Shown: piece by piece, positions 29,823 through 39,308 of the stretch | Layout of the letters: every line of letters begins with the position of its first letter | Numbering within the stretch: position 1 is the first letter of the stretch | From: Candidatus Uhrbacteria bacterium | Lineage (GTDB): Bacteria; Patescibacteriota; Patescibacteriia; UBA9934; GWF2-40-263 | DNA length: 64,000 nucleotides | NCBI GenBank assembly: GCA_037131775.1 | Contig: JBAXQK010000003.1 | Location: forward strand, 76,439 to 140,438 | Direction: 5' to 3' | The notes under the pieces: generated by a model | What the model was told of the DNA's origin: nothing | Databases searched by the model: none | The model's input: the letters and a program-made list of their open reading frames with translations, nothing else | Translations under genes and position numbers: made by a program

Positions 29823-30188
29823 ATGACCAAAGGAGGATCGATCATTCTCAGAATCTACTTCTCGCTCGTGGCGTTCGTGACCCTGATGATTCTTATCTTC
29901 TCGGTTTCGGACCTCATCAACATCGTGCTGAAGACCTACGTGTTCACCGCCGCGGACCGCCCGGCGTACACGAGCTACTGCGACCTCACCACGCAGACCC
30001 AGGCGCAGTGCGACACGCAGAAGAAGAATGACGAGGAATCGTCCATGGCCGTCAAGCAGCAGGACGCCGTCCGCGACATCGCTCTCCTCCTCGTCGCTTC
30101 CCCGCTGTTCTGGCTCCACTTCCGTGTCGTGTACCGAGATCTGATGGGAGACAAGGAAGAGGAGAAGAACGACAAGAAAAAAGCTTAA
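29823..30188 (+). CDS. DUF5671-like membrane protein inserted between rplK and rplA
   Basis: RIYFSLVAFVTL...ALLLVASPLFWLHFR. Confidence 0.7.
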   Translation: MTKGGSIILRIYFSLVAFVTLMILIFSVSDLINIVLKTYVFTAADRPAYTSYCDLTTQTQAQCDTQKKNDEESSMAVKQQDAVRDIALLLVASPLFWLHFRVVYRDLMGDKEEEKNDKKKA

Positions 30189-30200
30189 TACTAACCTGAT

Positions 30201-30228
30201 CGTGGAAGGCGAGAGCCGTTACACCACG
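30201..30228 (+). promoter_or_regulatory. Putative L1-binding leader of rplA
   Basis: CGTGG-AA-GGC-GAGA-GCC-GTTACA-CCACG: stem, asymmetric internal loop and GNRA hairpin just before rplA. Confidence 0.55.
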
Positions 30229-30236
30229 CAAATCAT

Positions 30237-30920
30237 ATGGCAGGAAAGCGCTTTACGGAGGCCAAGAAGCTCGTCACGGACAAGAAGGTTTACTCGATCG
30301 TCGATGGAATCGCGCTCCTCAAGAGCTTCCCGAAGGCCGGCTTCGACGAGGGCGTCGAGCTGCACGTGAACCTCGGCATCGACCCGAGCAAGGGCGACCA
30401 GCAGGTGCGCGGAACGATCGCGTTCCCGCACGGAGTCGGAAAGTCCAAGCGCGTCGCCGTGTTCGTGGAGGCCGCCAAGGAAGCCGAGGCCAAGGCCGCG
30501 GGCGCCGACATCGTCGGAGGAGAGGACCTCATCACCGAGATCGCGGCCAAGGGCATCATCAACTTCGACGTGGCCATCGCCACGCCGGCCATGATGCCGA
30601 AGATCGCCAAGCTCGCGAAGCTCCTCGGACCGAAGGGCCTCATGCCAAACCCGAAGAACGACACCGTCGGCCCGAACGTCACCAAGATGATCGCCGAGCA
30701 GAAGGCCGGAAAGCAGAGCTTCAAGAACGACAACACCGCCAACGTCCACCAGATCGTCGGCCGCGTGTCCATGACGGACGCCCAGCTCAAGGAGAACCTC
30801 GCCCCGTTCGTCGACCAGCTCCGCAAGATGAAGCCGGCGTCCTCCAAGGGCATCTACTTCAAGAGCGCGACGCTGACGACCACGATGGGCCCGGGGATCA
30901 AGGTTGACCTCAACTCGTAG
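30237..30920 (+). CDS. rplA: 50S ribosomal protein L1
   Basis: QQVRGTIAFPHG, LGPKGLMPNPK, TTMGPG. Confidence 0.98.
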   Translation: MAGKRFTEAKKLVTDKKVYSIVDGIALLKSFPKAGFDEGVELHVNLGIDPSKGDQQVRGTIAFPHGVGKSKRVAVFVEAAKEAEAKAAGADIVGGEDLITEIAAKGIINFDVAIATPAMMPKIAKLAKLLGPKGLMPNPKNDTVGPNVTKMIAEQKAGKQSFKNDNTANVHQIVGRVSMTDAQLKENLAPFVDQLRKMKPASSKGIYFKSATLTTTMGPGIKVDLNS

Positions 30921-30959
30921 TAGACAGAAACACCCGCCGGCGATAAGCTGGCGGGTGTT

Positions 30960-31610
30960 ATGATATTGTCACGCCAAGACATCCTCGCGCAGATCGCCTC
31001 GGGCGGAATCCGGTTCACGCCGGAGATCGACCAGTTTCAGCTGCAGCCGCACGCGATCGACTTGCGACTGGGATACAAGTTTTTGATCCCGCGCAACTGG
31101 ACGTTCGACGAGAAGGGCCGCCGCGCGATCAAGGTCTCGATCGACGACGCCGATGCCCATCCCGAGCAGTTCGACGAGGTCATCCTCAAGCCCGGTCAGT
31201 TCTTCGACCTTCTCCCGAACGAGTTCGTCATCGGCACCAGCCTCGAGCGCATCGAGCTCAACGCGCCGAACCTGATGGCGATCCTCTTTCCCAGGACGTC
31301 GACGAATCGCCGCGGCATCGACCTGTCGCTCTCGGGAATCATCGACGTGGGCTACAAGGGCAACCTCATCTTCCCCATGAAGAACGAGGCGGGCAACCAG
31401 GTCATCCGCGTGTATCCGGGCGAACGAGTGTGCCAGGTGGTATTCGAGGAACTCAAGACCCCGTTAACGTCCGAGGAGGCGAATCTCCACGGGATGTCGG
31501 CGGCGAAGTACTCGGAAAGCGACGGCGCGTACCGGCTCGACAAGGATGACGAGCGGACGCTGCTGGTGGAAGGGAAATTGGACGAAATGAAAAAGCGGTT
31601 CGGGGTCTAG
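30960..31610 (+). CDS. dcd: dCTP deaminase
   Basis: MILSRQDI, QPHAIDLRLG, RTSTNRRG, IDVGYKG, ERVCQVVF. Confidence 0.88.
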   Translation: MILSRQDILAQIASGGIRFTPEIDQFQLQPHAIDLRLGYKFLIPRNWTFDEKGRRAIKVSIDDADAHPEQFDEVILKPGQFFDLLPNEFVIGTSLERIELNAPNLMAILFPRTSTNRRGIDLSLSGIIDVGYKGNLIFPMKNEAGNQVIRVYPGERVCQVVFEELKTPLTSEEANLHGMSAAKYSESDGAYRLDKDDERTLLVEGKLDEMKKRFGV

Positions 31611-31627
31611 CCCGAACCGCTTTTTTT
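31590..31627. terminator. Bidirectional terminator between convergent genes
   Basis: AAAAAGCGGTTCGGG...CCCGAACCGCTTTTTTT. Confidence 0.75.
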
Positions 31628-31632
31628 GATGG

Positions 31633-34600
31633 CTACTGTGCGATCGACGCGATCTGCGTGCGCGTCTTGACCGCGGACAGGTCTACCGACTCCGGGACCG
31701 TCACGTCCTCGCCGCGCTCGTAGTGGGCGAAGAGGGTGGGCTCGAGGTCGATGACGTCGTCGGCCCAGGATGCGCCGAACATTTCCGTCGCGACGGATTC
31801 CGAGACGATGTGGCGGAGGAGGAAGGTTCCGTTCGCGTCCGCGTCCACGAGATAGACGTTCGGGTCGCTGACGATCTTGACGAGCACGACGCCTGGCTTC
31901 GGGAGCATCGGGGAGCCCAGCGCGAGGGTCGGCATGGTGGCGTCGGTGACCCAGACCACGTTGGACCACGAGTCCGTCCAGGTAAAGAAGGTCTGCGCGT
32001 TCCAGAAGACATGGCGTTTCCCGTCCGCGCCGACGTAGTACACGCTGCCGCTGCCGGACGATCGGATCAGCCAGCCGGGCTCCACCGCCGAGACGGACTG
32101 GGACGCCTGGCTGAACGGAGAGACACCCGTGTCCGACGTCACGGGGGCGACATGGCGGCCTTCCGCGTCAACTGCAATGCCGTTCTCGCGGATGGTCTCG
32201 GGGGAAAGCGACACGACGGACGGGACGGTCCCCATGCCCGACGAGGAAATTCCCGTTGCTGACGCAGCCGACGGCGTCGCGGCCGGAGCGCCGCCTCCCC
32301 CGCCCCCGCCCCCGCTGCTGCGGCGCGCGGCAACCGTGACGGTCACGACGTAATCGACCGTCGACTCGTCCTCCGCGAACACCGTGTACGTCACGGGGTC
32401 TGTAAAGTCCTGGGCGTCGCCCGTCGACGGAACGGTGAACCATCCCGTCGTCACGATGGTCGGAACGAGATCCGTCACGTCCGTGCCGAACGGGACGCGG
32501 AGCGAGATCGTCTTGGAGCCCTCGTGCACGCTGCCCGTGACGTCGAGGTCGCCGAAGTCGAAGGACTCGATCGCCTTGTCCGAGGTCGGAATCGTCGTCA
32601 CCGTGTAATTTACCAGCGTTTCGCCGTCCTCCGCGAAGACAGCCAGCCAGTCTCCGGTCACGACGGGGTCGGAGAGGAAATCCTCGAGCCAGTTCTGATG
32701 AGGCTCGTCCTTCGTCAGCGCGGCAAGGAAGTCGGCCTTCGACGTTCCGGGCGGAACGTCCGTAATCGTCTCGCCGTCCGTCCCTCCCGCGCTGACCGTG
32801 TACGTCTCCGACGAGATCGTCGCGACGGTGCTGGCCGGGAGCGCGAGGACGGCGAGGACGAAGTCCTTCGTGTCGGACGCGAGGCCGTTCGTGATCGTCG
32901 CGGTCATCGTGACCGTCGCGTCGCCATCCGCAAACGCCGGGCGGACGACCGTCTGCCCGTTGTCGGAAACGATGTCCGCGTCGCTCGAGGACCAGGTGAT
33001 CGTCGACGCGTTCACGGAACCGACCGATGGGAGCGGGTTCTCAAGCGCAACCGTCACGTCCGCCAGGTCGGCATTCTCCCCGAGGATCGCCTCGTCCGTC
33101 AGCCCGTCCTTGTCCGCCGCGACGAGAACCGTGTCCCCGACGGACAGGAGCGCGTTGTTCGCGTTGATCCTCTTTCCCGTCGTCGTCACCCCGTCGAGCG
33201 ACGCGATCGGATCGCCGGACGTCAGAATGATGTTCTTGACCTGCGCCGCCGTCAGGCTCGGATCATACCCTTCGATGAGCGCCGCGAGGCCGACCACGTG
33301 CGGGGTGGCCATCGACGTCCCGTTGAACCAATCGTACAGCGCGGCGGTGCCGTCCTGGTCCGGATAGGTGAGGAGCGTCACGTCATCGACCGCGCAGCCG
33401 TTCCCGCCGCCGACGTCCGCGTTCCCATTCGCGACCCAGCGGAATCGAAATTTGAAATTGTCCGTGAGATACTCCGCGGGAACATCGACGCTGGCGTATC
33501 CGATCGCCGATCCGGTCGGATCGCCCTCGAAGTCGTCCAGAACCACCTCGTCCCAGCGCGTGTATTCCTCATACGTGTCTCCCCCGTCGGCGCTAAACTC
33601 CAAGGCCATGTAGTCGGCCCAGTCGGTCAGGTCATACTCCGTATCGCACGCGGTCCAGAATTCCATCGTGGTCGCGCCGCCGCTCAGGTCGTACTCCGGC
33701 GACTCGACGGTCGTGTCCGCCGTCTGCGCGTACGGGGACGCAACGTCGCCCTTCAGGACGTTTCCCCAGCCGTCGCCAAGCCATTCCGTCGCCTCGGACA
33801 CGCCCCAGGCGTTGCCATCGCCCGCCGCCGCCCAGTCGCCCGGAATCGCGGCGGTGTCCACGCCCTCGAACGACTGCGAAAGCAGGCTCGTCCCGCTGTC
33901 ATCGACGACCGTACTGTAGATATCCGTGCCCGGCGCGCCGACGTCGACGTACCCGGAACCGTAGTCAGAGAAATACGCCAGTCCGTCCGACGAGTCGGTC
34001 GCCGCGACGGAAATGACGTTCGCGAGGCCGTCCCAGCAGTCCGTCGCGTGGCCGTAGTCGGAGGGAAGGTCGACGTACGAGGAGCCGTCATGCTCGCTCG
34101 CGTCGTTCCCGGCGGCCGCGACGAACAACCCCGGAAACCCGTCGATCGCCGCGTACAGCGCCTCGTCATACGCGCCGTCGCACGACCCGGCGGCCCCGCC
34201 CCAGCTCGCGTTGATCACCGTCGCGCCGTTATACGCCGCGAAGCTGATCGCGCGGACGATCTCGGCCGTGGTGAGCGATGACTTCAATGCCATGATCTTC
34301 GCGCGCGGCGCCACGCCGGCGATTCCCGTCGCGTTTCCTTTCACGGCCGCGATCGTCCCGGCGACGTGCGTCCCGTGCGTGCTCGTCGTCGGCAGAGGCG
34401 TCTTGTCGAGGTCCTCGAAGTCATAGCCATGGTCGCATCAGCCGAGCGCCGCGTTCGCGTCGTCCACGCAGCCCGTCCCGTCCCACATGTTCGCGGCAAG
34501 GTCCGGATGGTCGTACGCCACGCCGGTGTCGATGATCGCGACGATCACGTCCCCGTTCGTCCCCTCGTCGACCGCCCACGCCTCGGGCGCGTCGATGTCC

Positions 34601-35148
34601 GCACCCGTCGTCCCGGTGGTCCCGTTCACCGTCTGCCCGGTGTTGTCCAATCCCCAAAGCTCACCGCGAGACGGATCGTTCGACGAGATTTCCTGCGTCT
34701 CGTATTGAAAGTTCGGCTGGACGTACTCGACGCTCGGGTCGACGCTCAGTCGGGCAACTGCGCTTTCGACAGACTCGCTCCGACCCTTCGCGTCCTTTCT
34801 CGTCGAAAACACGGAGATGTTCCCCTTGGCGATGTCCTCTTTCTTTTCCAATCTCTTCGATTCCGCAAACTGGCGCGACTTGAGAGCGCCCGTCCTCGTT
34901 CTCAGGTTAACGGATCGATCTTTGAACTTCACGACGACCTCGCCCTCGACATAGTTCTTCTGCGCTTCCGGCCGTACTTTTTCCGTCGACTCCCCACGGT
35001 TCCCCTCCTCATAGGGAGGAGGGGTCAGGGGTGGTCGTCGCGCGTCATCGACGGAAGCGAGAACAAGCGTCGATGACGAGCCAACGACGAACGAGACGAT
35101 TCCCAGGACCAGCAATCCCCGGCACAGCGCTTTCACGGACGTTGTCAT
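31633..35148 (-). pseudogene. Secreted S8 subtilisin-like protease with Ig-like and S-layer-type C-terminal domains, interrupted by an in-frame TGA at 34438-34440
   Basis: The two track ORFs are in the same frame: ...ANAALG*CDHGYDF...THGTHVAGTIAA; triad IIDTG / HGTHVAG / GTSMATP. Confidence 0.85.
35000..35043. repeat. GC-rich palindromic mini-element, in frame in the S8 protease N-terminus
   Basis: Encodes ARRPPLTPPPYEEG; 43/44 nt identical to 1589-1632. Confidence 0.85.
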
Positions 35149-35166
35149 ATGGATTCTCACCAGGAA

Positions 35167-35499
35167 TTAGTAAACGGTCTTCTTATCGACGGAGCAGTTC
35201 GCTCCGACCCACGCCATGTCCATCTGCGACAACTCCATGCGTTTCCCGTCGATGACCACGTACTCGCTTGGCATGGTCGGTCTTCCGTCGTCTGCGACCG
35301 TCGGCATCCTGTTTGTGTACCACGCGTCCGGACACCGCTGGATCAGCGTCGTCGACGGCTCGGCGGACGGCGGTTCGTCCGTCTTCGGCATTCCGTTCGT
35401 CCGGACGAAGATCGCGAACAAGCCACCCGCTAACAAAAGAATCGCAAACCCAATTGCGATTCCCTTCGTCGAACGAATGCGATCAACAAAACGGCTCAT
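35167..35499 (-). CDS. Small membrane-anchored hypothetical protein
   Basis: N-terminal TM helix, CPDAWYTNRMP...WVGANC; ATGA overlap. Confidence 0.7.
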   Translation of the reverse strand: MSRFVDRIRSTKGIAIGFAILLLAGGLFAIFVRTNGMPKTDEPPSAEPSTTLIQRCPDAWYTNRMPTVADDGRPTMPSEYVVIDGKRMELSQMDMAWVGANCSVDKKTVY

Positions 35500-36212
35500 A
35501 GCTGTCTCAGCACGTTCTTAAACTGACGACACACCAGATCATGCTCCTCACAGTCGATATGGTACACCGGATCCTCGTGGGTCGGAAGGTGGATCGTGAC
35601 GCGGCTCCCCGAGCATACGGCGCGGACGTGCGCGGCGGCATTTTCGGTCACCTCGCAGCCAAGGTCCTCGATCACCTTCTGCAGCCCGTCGGCGAGGTGC
35701 TCGTCGGCACCCTCGATCTTCACGGTCGAGACGGACGGCTTCAGCGTCTCGGCGTACACCTTGTCGCGGCTGAACCGGTCGTGCGCGTCCGCCGTGACGT
35801 ACACGTCGTTGATTCCCGCGGCAATGAGCGCGTTCCAGCACGGCTCGCAGGCCCACCAGTGGCCGTACATGTACACGTCCGCCCCGACGATGTCGATTCC
35901 CTTCTCCGCCGCCACCTTCACCGCCATCGCCTCCGCGTGGCCCGGCGAGTCGTGCAGCGCGCACAGGTCATACCCCGTCCCGGTCGGGCACTCGAGGACG
36001 ATGCGCGGACAGACGTGGACCTGCTTGCCGAGGTTGTACCCATTCCCGACGGTCAGCAACACCTCGCCGTCGCGAACCACCGCCACGCCGACCGGATACG
36101 TCGGATCCCCGGACCGCTCGCCGCGCGCCTCGGCCGCCGCGAGCATGAACGGATCATCGTGCGGCGCGTACTTCAGGTGCCGGTCGGGTGGCATGTAGGG
36201 GTAGTCGGGCAT
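35496..36212 (-). CDS. Zn-dependent cytidine/dCMP deaminase family protein
   Basis: GHAE and WACEPC motifs; Cys-rich segment CPRIVLECPTGTGYDLC. Confidence 0.85.
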   Translation of the reverse strand: MPDYPYMPPDRHLKYAPHDDPFMLAAAEARGERSGDPTYPVGVAVVRDGEVLLTVGNGYNLGKQVHVCPRIVLECPTGTGYDLCALHDSPGHAEAMAVKVAAEKGIDIVGADVYMYGHWWACEPCWNALIAAGINDVYVTADAHDRFSRDKVYAETLKPSVSTVKIEGADEHLADGLQKVIEDLGCEVTENAAAHVRAVCSGSRVTIHLPTHEDPVYHIDCEEHDLVCRQFKNVLRQL

Positions 36213-36222
36213 AGGGGGGTGA

Positions 36223-36687
36223 TTATTTTTCTGTGATTTCCGCCTCATGCTCGGCGTTCCATTGGTCGATGGACCGCTGAAGCACGTCGACGGCATGGGT
36301 ATCGAGAACGTCGTCCGCATGGGAGCCTGGCAGGGTGGCGGCCCGCCGCGAACCCGGATACACCTCGGTAATGCGGAAGAAGCCGTCTTCCCGCTGGATA
36401 TCCATTGCCACGCGGAAGATGATCGGCGCCTCGAGTCCCTTCTTCGCGGGAGGAAGCATGTTGCCGAATCCGACGATCTTTCCAGAAAGGCGATTCACCA
36501 TCGCGTTCGCCCCGGCCGCCGGATATCTCTTCCCGTCGACGACGACCGATCCCGCGTTCCCGCCGATCGATTCCCCGTTCAACAGCTCCACCATTGCCGT
36601 GTCCATCAGCCGTACGTTGTCGCGGATTACCTCGCCCTTCAGTGCCTCCGCCTCCCTGCCGGACATCGCGTCGAATGATTCGGACAT
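36223..36687 (-). CDS. Hypothetical protein
   Basis: 154-aa ORF tightly packed in the thyA-DHFR-deaminase string. Confidence 0.6.
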   Translation of the reverse strand: MSESFDAMSGREAEALKGEVIRDNVRLMDTAMVELLNGESIGGNAGSVVVDGKRYPAAGANAMVNRLSGKIVGFGNMLPPAKKGLEAPIIFRVAMDIQREDGFFRITEVYPGSRRAATLPGSHADDVLDTHAVDVLQRSIDQWNAEHEAEITEK

Positions 36688-36691
36688 ATCC

Positions 36692-37201
36692 TTACGCCTT
36701 AAAGCGCAGCAAAATCCCGCCGCCAAGAGGCTTCGCCTCGACGAGCGTCAGGTTCATCCTCCCGAACCCGGACGCGAGCGGAACGCCGTCGCCGAACAGG
36801 ACCGGCTCGACGGTAAGAAACAGCTCGTCGACGAGGCCGGCCGCGAGGAATTGCGAGTAGATCATCGATCCGCCGCAGACCGCGAGGCCCGTGAGCCCCT
36901 TCTTCGAGAGACGCGCGACCAGCTCGGCCGGCGTCTCCCGCGTCCACTCGACCCCGTCGCGCCCATCGAATTTCTCCGTATCCGATCCTCCCGTCGACGA
37001 CATCACGATTGTCCGGCGATCCTTGAGCGGTCTGCCAATGGTCTCGAACGTCTTGCGCCCCATCACGACGGCGCCGATGTCCTTCGTCTTGTCGGCAAAG
37101 AACCGCGTGTCTTCCTTCGACGTCCAGTCAAGCGACGACTGCTTCGCGTTCTGCGCGATCTTTCCGTCCGCGGAGATGGCGGCGATGATGGTTATTTTCA
37201 T
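36692..37201 (-). CDS. Dihydrofolate reductase family protein
   Basis: IAAISADGKIA, VMGRKTFE, GGSMIY, LVDEL; ATGA overlap with thyA. Confidence 0.85.
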   Translation of the reverse strand: MKITIIAAISADGKIAQNAKQSSLDWTSKEDTRFFADKTKDIGAVVMGRKTFETIGRPLKDRRTIVMSSTGGSDTEKFDGRDGVEWTRETPAELVARLSKKGLTGLAVCGGSMIYSQFLAAGLVDELFLTVEPVLFGDGVPLASGFGRMNLTLVEAKPLGGGILLRFKA

Positions 37202-38031
37202 ACGGCGATTTGCACTTTCATCATCGGCGCTCCCGGCTGGTACTGCGACGAGAACATTTCGACGAGCTCGCCGACAAGCGACGCGTCGGCCCCGAGGGCG
37301 CGGCGGAACGAGTTTTCCGGAAGTCGGCAGACGATCTCTGGGTGCGCGACGACTTCCCTTCCGAGAATGTCCTTGACCGCGTCGAACTGGTTCTCGTAGA
37401 TGTGGGCGTGCGAGATCGAGATCGTCAGCTTGCCGACCGCCACGTTCAGCTCCTGGGCGAGCATGGCCTGGAGGAGCGCGAAGTCGGCGGTGTCGTTCGG
37501 GTTGCCGAGGACCATGTCGTTCGAGCGCATGATCATGTGAAGGTTGAGCTTTCCGCCGATGATGTTCACCGTCCAGGTGAACGGGCACGGGACATTCTTT
37601 TTCTTGGGCGCGCGCAGGCCGTCGCTTGCCGGGTCCCACATCATGACCACTCCCTGCCGGCTCGAAGGCTCCTCGCGGAGGTGCTCGACCAGGTCGAGGA
37701 GCTGGTCGCGGCCGAAGTGGTGGCGCCAGCGGTAGCCGTAGGCGGTCTCGACCGTGCCGTCGTCCTCGAGGAAACTGTCCCAGCCCTTGGTGAACTGCTG
37801 GAGGAATCCGGCGTGCTTGTGGCCGGCAATGAACCAGACCGTCTCCGCACAGAAGAACTTTGGGAACATCTTGCGGACCGTCAGGAGCGGGAACCCCTTC
37901 GACGGTTCCAGCTCATAGGTGATCCCCGGGATCGCCCGCGTCGATATCCCCGTGCGCTCGCTTTGGACGGTTTCCCCCTCGCGGTAAATTCGGCCGACGG
38001 TATCGAGATAGAGGCGGTCGAAGGTGGTCAT
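37198..38031 (-). CDS. thyA: Thymidylate synthase superfamily enzyme with Asp at the specificity position
   Basis: FPLLT, YGYRWR, SSRQ, VPC catalytic Cys, RSNDMVLGNPND, HAHIYENQ. Confidence 0.88.
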   Translation of the reverse strand: MTTFDRLYLDTVGRIYREGETVQSERTGISTRAIPGITYELEPSKGFPLLTVRKMFPKFFCAETVWFIAGHKHAGFLQQFTKGWDSFLEDDGTVETAYGYRWRHHFGRDQLLDLVEHLREEPSSRQGVVMMWDPASDGLRAPKKKNVPCPFTWTVNIIGGKLNLHMIMRSNDMVLGNPNDTADFALLQAMLAQELNVAVGKLTISISHAHIYENQFDAVKDILGREVVAHPEIVCRLPENSFRRALGADASLVGELVEMFSSQYQPGAPMMKVQIAV

Positions 38032-38100
38032 ATCGCCCCCATCCTACCAGACAAACCCCCTGTTTCCAACCGGGCCGATCTGGGCTAAGATATCCCCGTT

Positions 38101-38532
38101 ATGGACATCTCTGTGGATATCAAAAGACTGGGCCCGGACGTGCCGGTTCCCGAGTACAAGACGACCGGCGCGATTGCGTTCGATATCGCCGTTTCCGAGC
38201 AAAAGACGATCCAGCCGGGCGAAACGGCATTTATTTCCACAGGGTTGGTCGTCTGCACCCCGCCCGGATACGGACTGATCCTTGCCGGCCGTTCTTCGAA
38301 CGCGAAAAAGCAGATCACGCTCGCGAACGGAATCGCGATTATCGACCAGGACTATTGCGGTCCGAGCGACCAGCTCCTCCTGTCCATTCGCAACGAGGGG
38401 CCAATCGCCTATACCGTCGAACGGGGCGAACGAATCGCGCAAGGGCTGTTCGTTCCCATCGTCCGCGCGATATTTCGCGACGTCGAGACACTGTCCGCCC
38501 CGGACCGCGGGGGGTACGGGACTACCGGATAG
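38101..38532 (+). CDS. dut: dUTP diphosphatase
   Basis: GRSS, IIDQDYCG, GERIAQG, RGGYGTTG. Confidence 0.95.
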   Translation: MDISVDIKRLGPDVPVPEYKTTGAIAFDIAVSEQKTIQPGETAFISTGLVVCTPPGYGLILAGRSSNAKKQITLANGIAIIDQDYCGPSDQLLLSIRNEGPIAYTVERGERIAQGLFVPIVRAIFRDVETLSAPDRGGYGTTG

Positions 38533-38571
38533 GTCCTATTGGACCCATCGGACCTATGCTATAATCGACCT

Positions 38572-39291
38572 ATGCCAACAGGCCGGTTCATCATGATCGA
38601 CGGCATCGCGGGGAGCGGGAAATCGACCCTGCTTCGGGCCGCCGAGATCTGGGCGAAGGAATGCGGCCACAAGGTGTTCGACATGCGGGAGTGGACAAAG
38701 ACCCACGCGGATCCGCCCACGTTCGACCAGGCGAAGGACTACGACGTGTTCTTCACTTACGAGCCGACGCGGCAGTGGGTGGGCGCGGCCATCCGGTTCG
38801 AGCTTTCGCGGACCGACCTTCCCTACAACGGCGAGTCGCTTGCACACGCGTTCGCCCTCGACAGGGAGATCATGTACAAGCGCCTGATCATCCCGGCGCT
38901 CGGGGCCGGCAAGACGGTATTCCAGGACCGCGGCGTGTGCACGTCGATCGTCTACCAGCCCATCATGCCCGGAGGGATCTCGTTGCGACGGTTACTGAAG
39001 CTCCCGGGAAACGCCCTCGCGCTGAAGCACCCGCCCACCGCGCTCATCGTGACCGACCTCGACCCGGCCGTCGCGGTCGAGCGCCTGAAGAAGCGCGACG
39101 AGGAATCCCGGGGAGTGTTCGCGGACGTCGCCTTTCTCCGTCGCGTCACCAAGCGCTTCCGATCCCATTGGTTCTCGTATCTCTTCCACCGCCTCGGAAC
39201 CTCGGTCCATGCCTTCGATACCGACGTCCCCATGGACGCGATGGTCGCGCGGGCCAGACAGCTCATCGAATCCATCCTAAAAACCTGCTAG
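38572..39291 (+). CDS. tmk: Thymidylate kinase
   Basis: IDGIAGSGKST, YEPT, QDRG..SIVYQ. Confidence 0.85.
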   Translation: MPTGRFIMIDGIAGSGKSTLLRAAEIWAKECGHKVFDMREWTKTHADPPTFDQAKDYDVFFTYEPTRQWVGAAIRFELSRTDLPYNGESLAHAFALDREIMYKRLIIPALGAGKTVFQDRGVCTSIVYQPIMPGGISLRRLLKLPGNALALKHPPTALIVTDLDPAVAVERLKKRDEESRGVFADVAFLRRVTKRFRSHWFSYLFHRLGTSVHAFDTDVPMDAMVARARQLIESILKTC

Positions 39292-39308
39292 ACCTTTTAC
39301 TTCATTCT

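Noticed and set aside
34438-34440. Genome-wide UGA=Gly recoding or selenocysteine
   Set aside because: TGA is used as a true stop in several ATGA/GTGA overlaps and in prfA and gpmI; the site is not a redox motif and no sel genes are seen in the window
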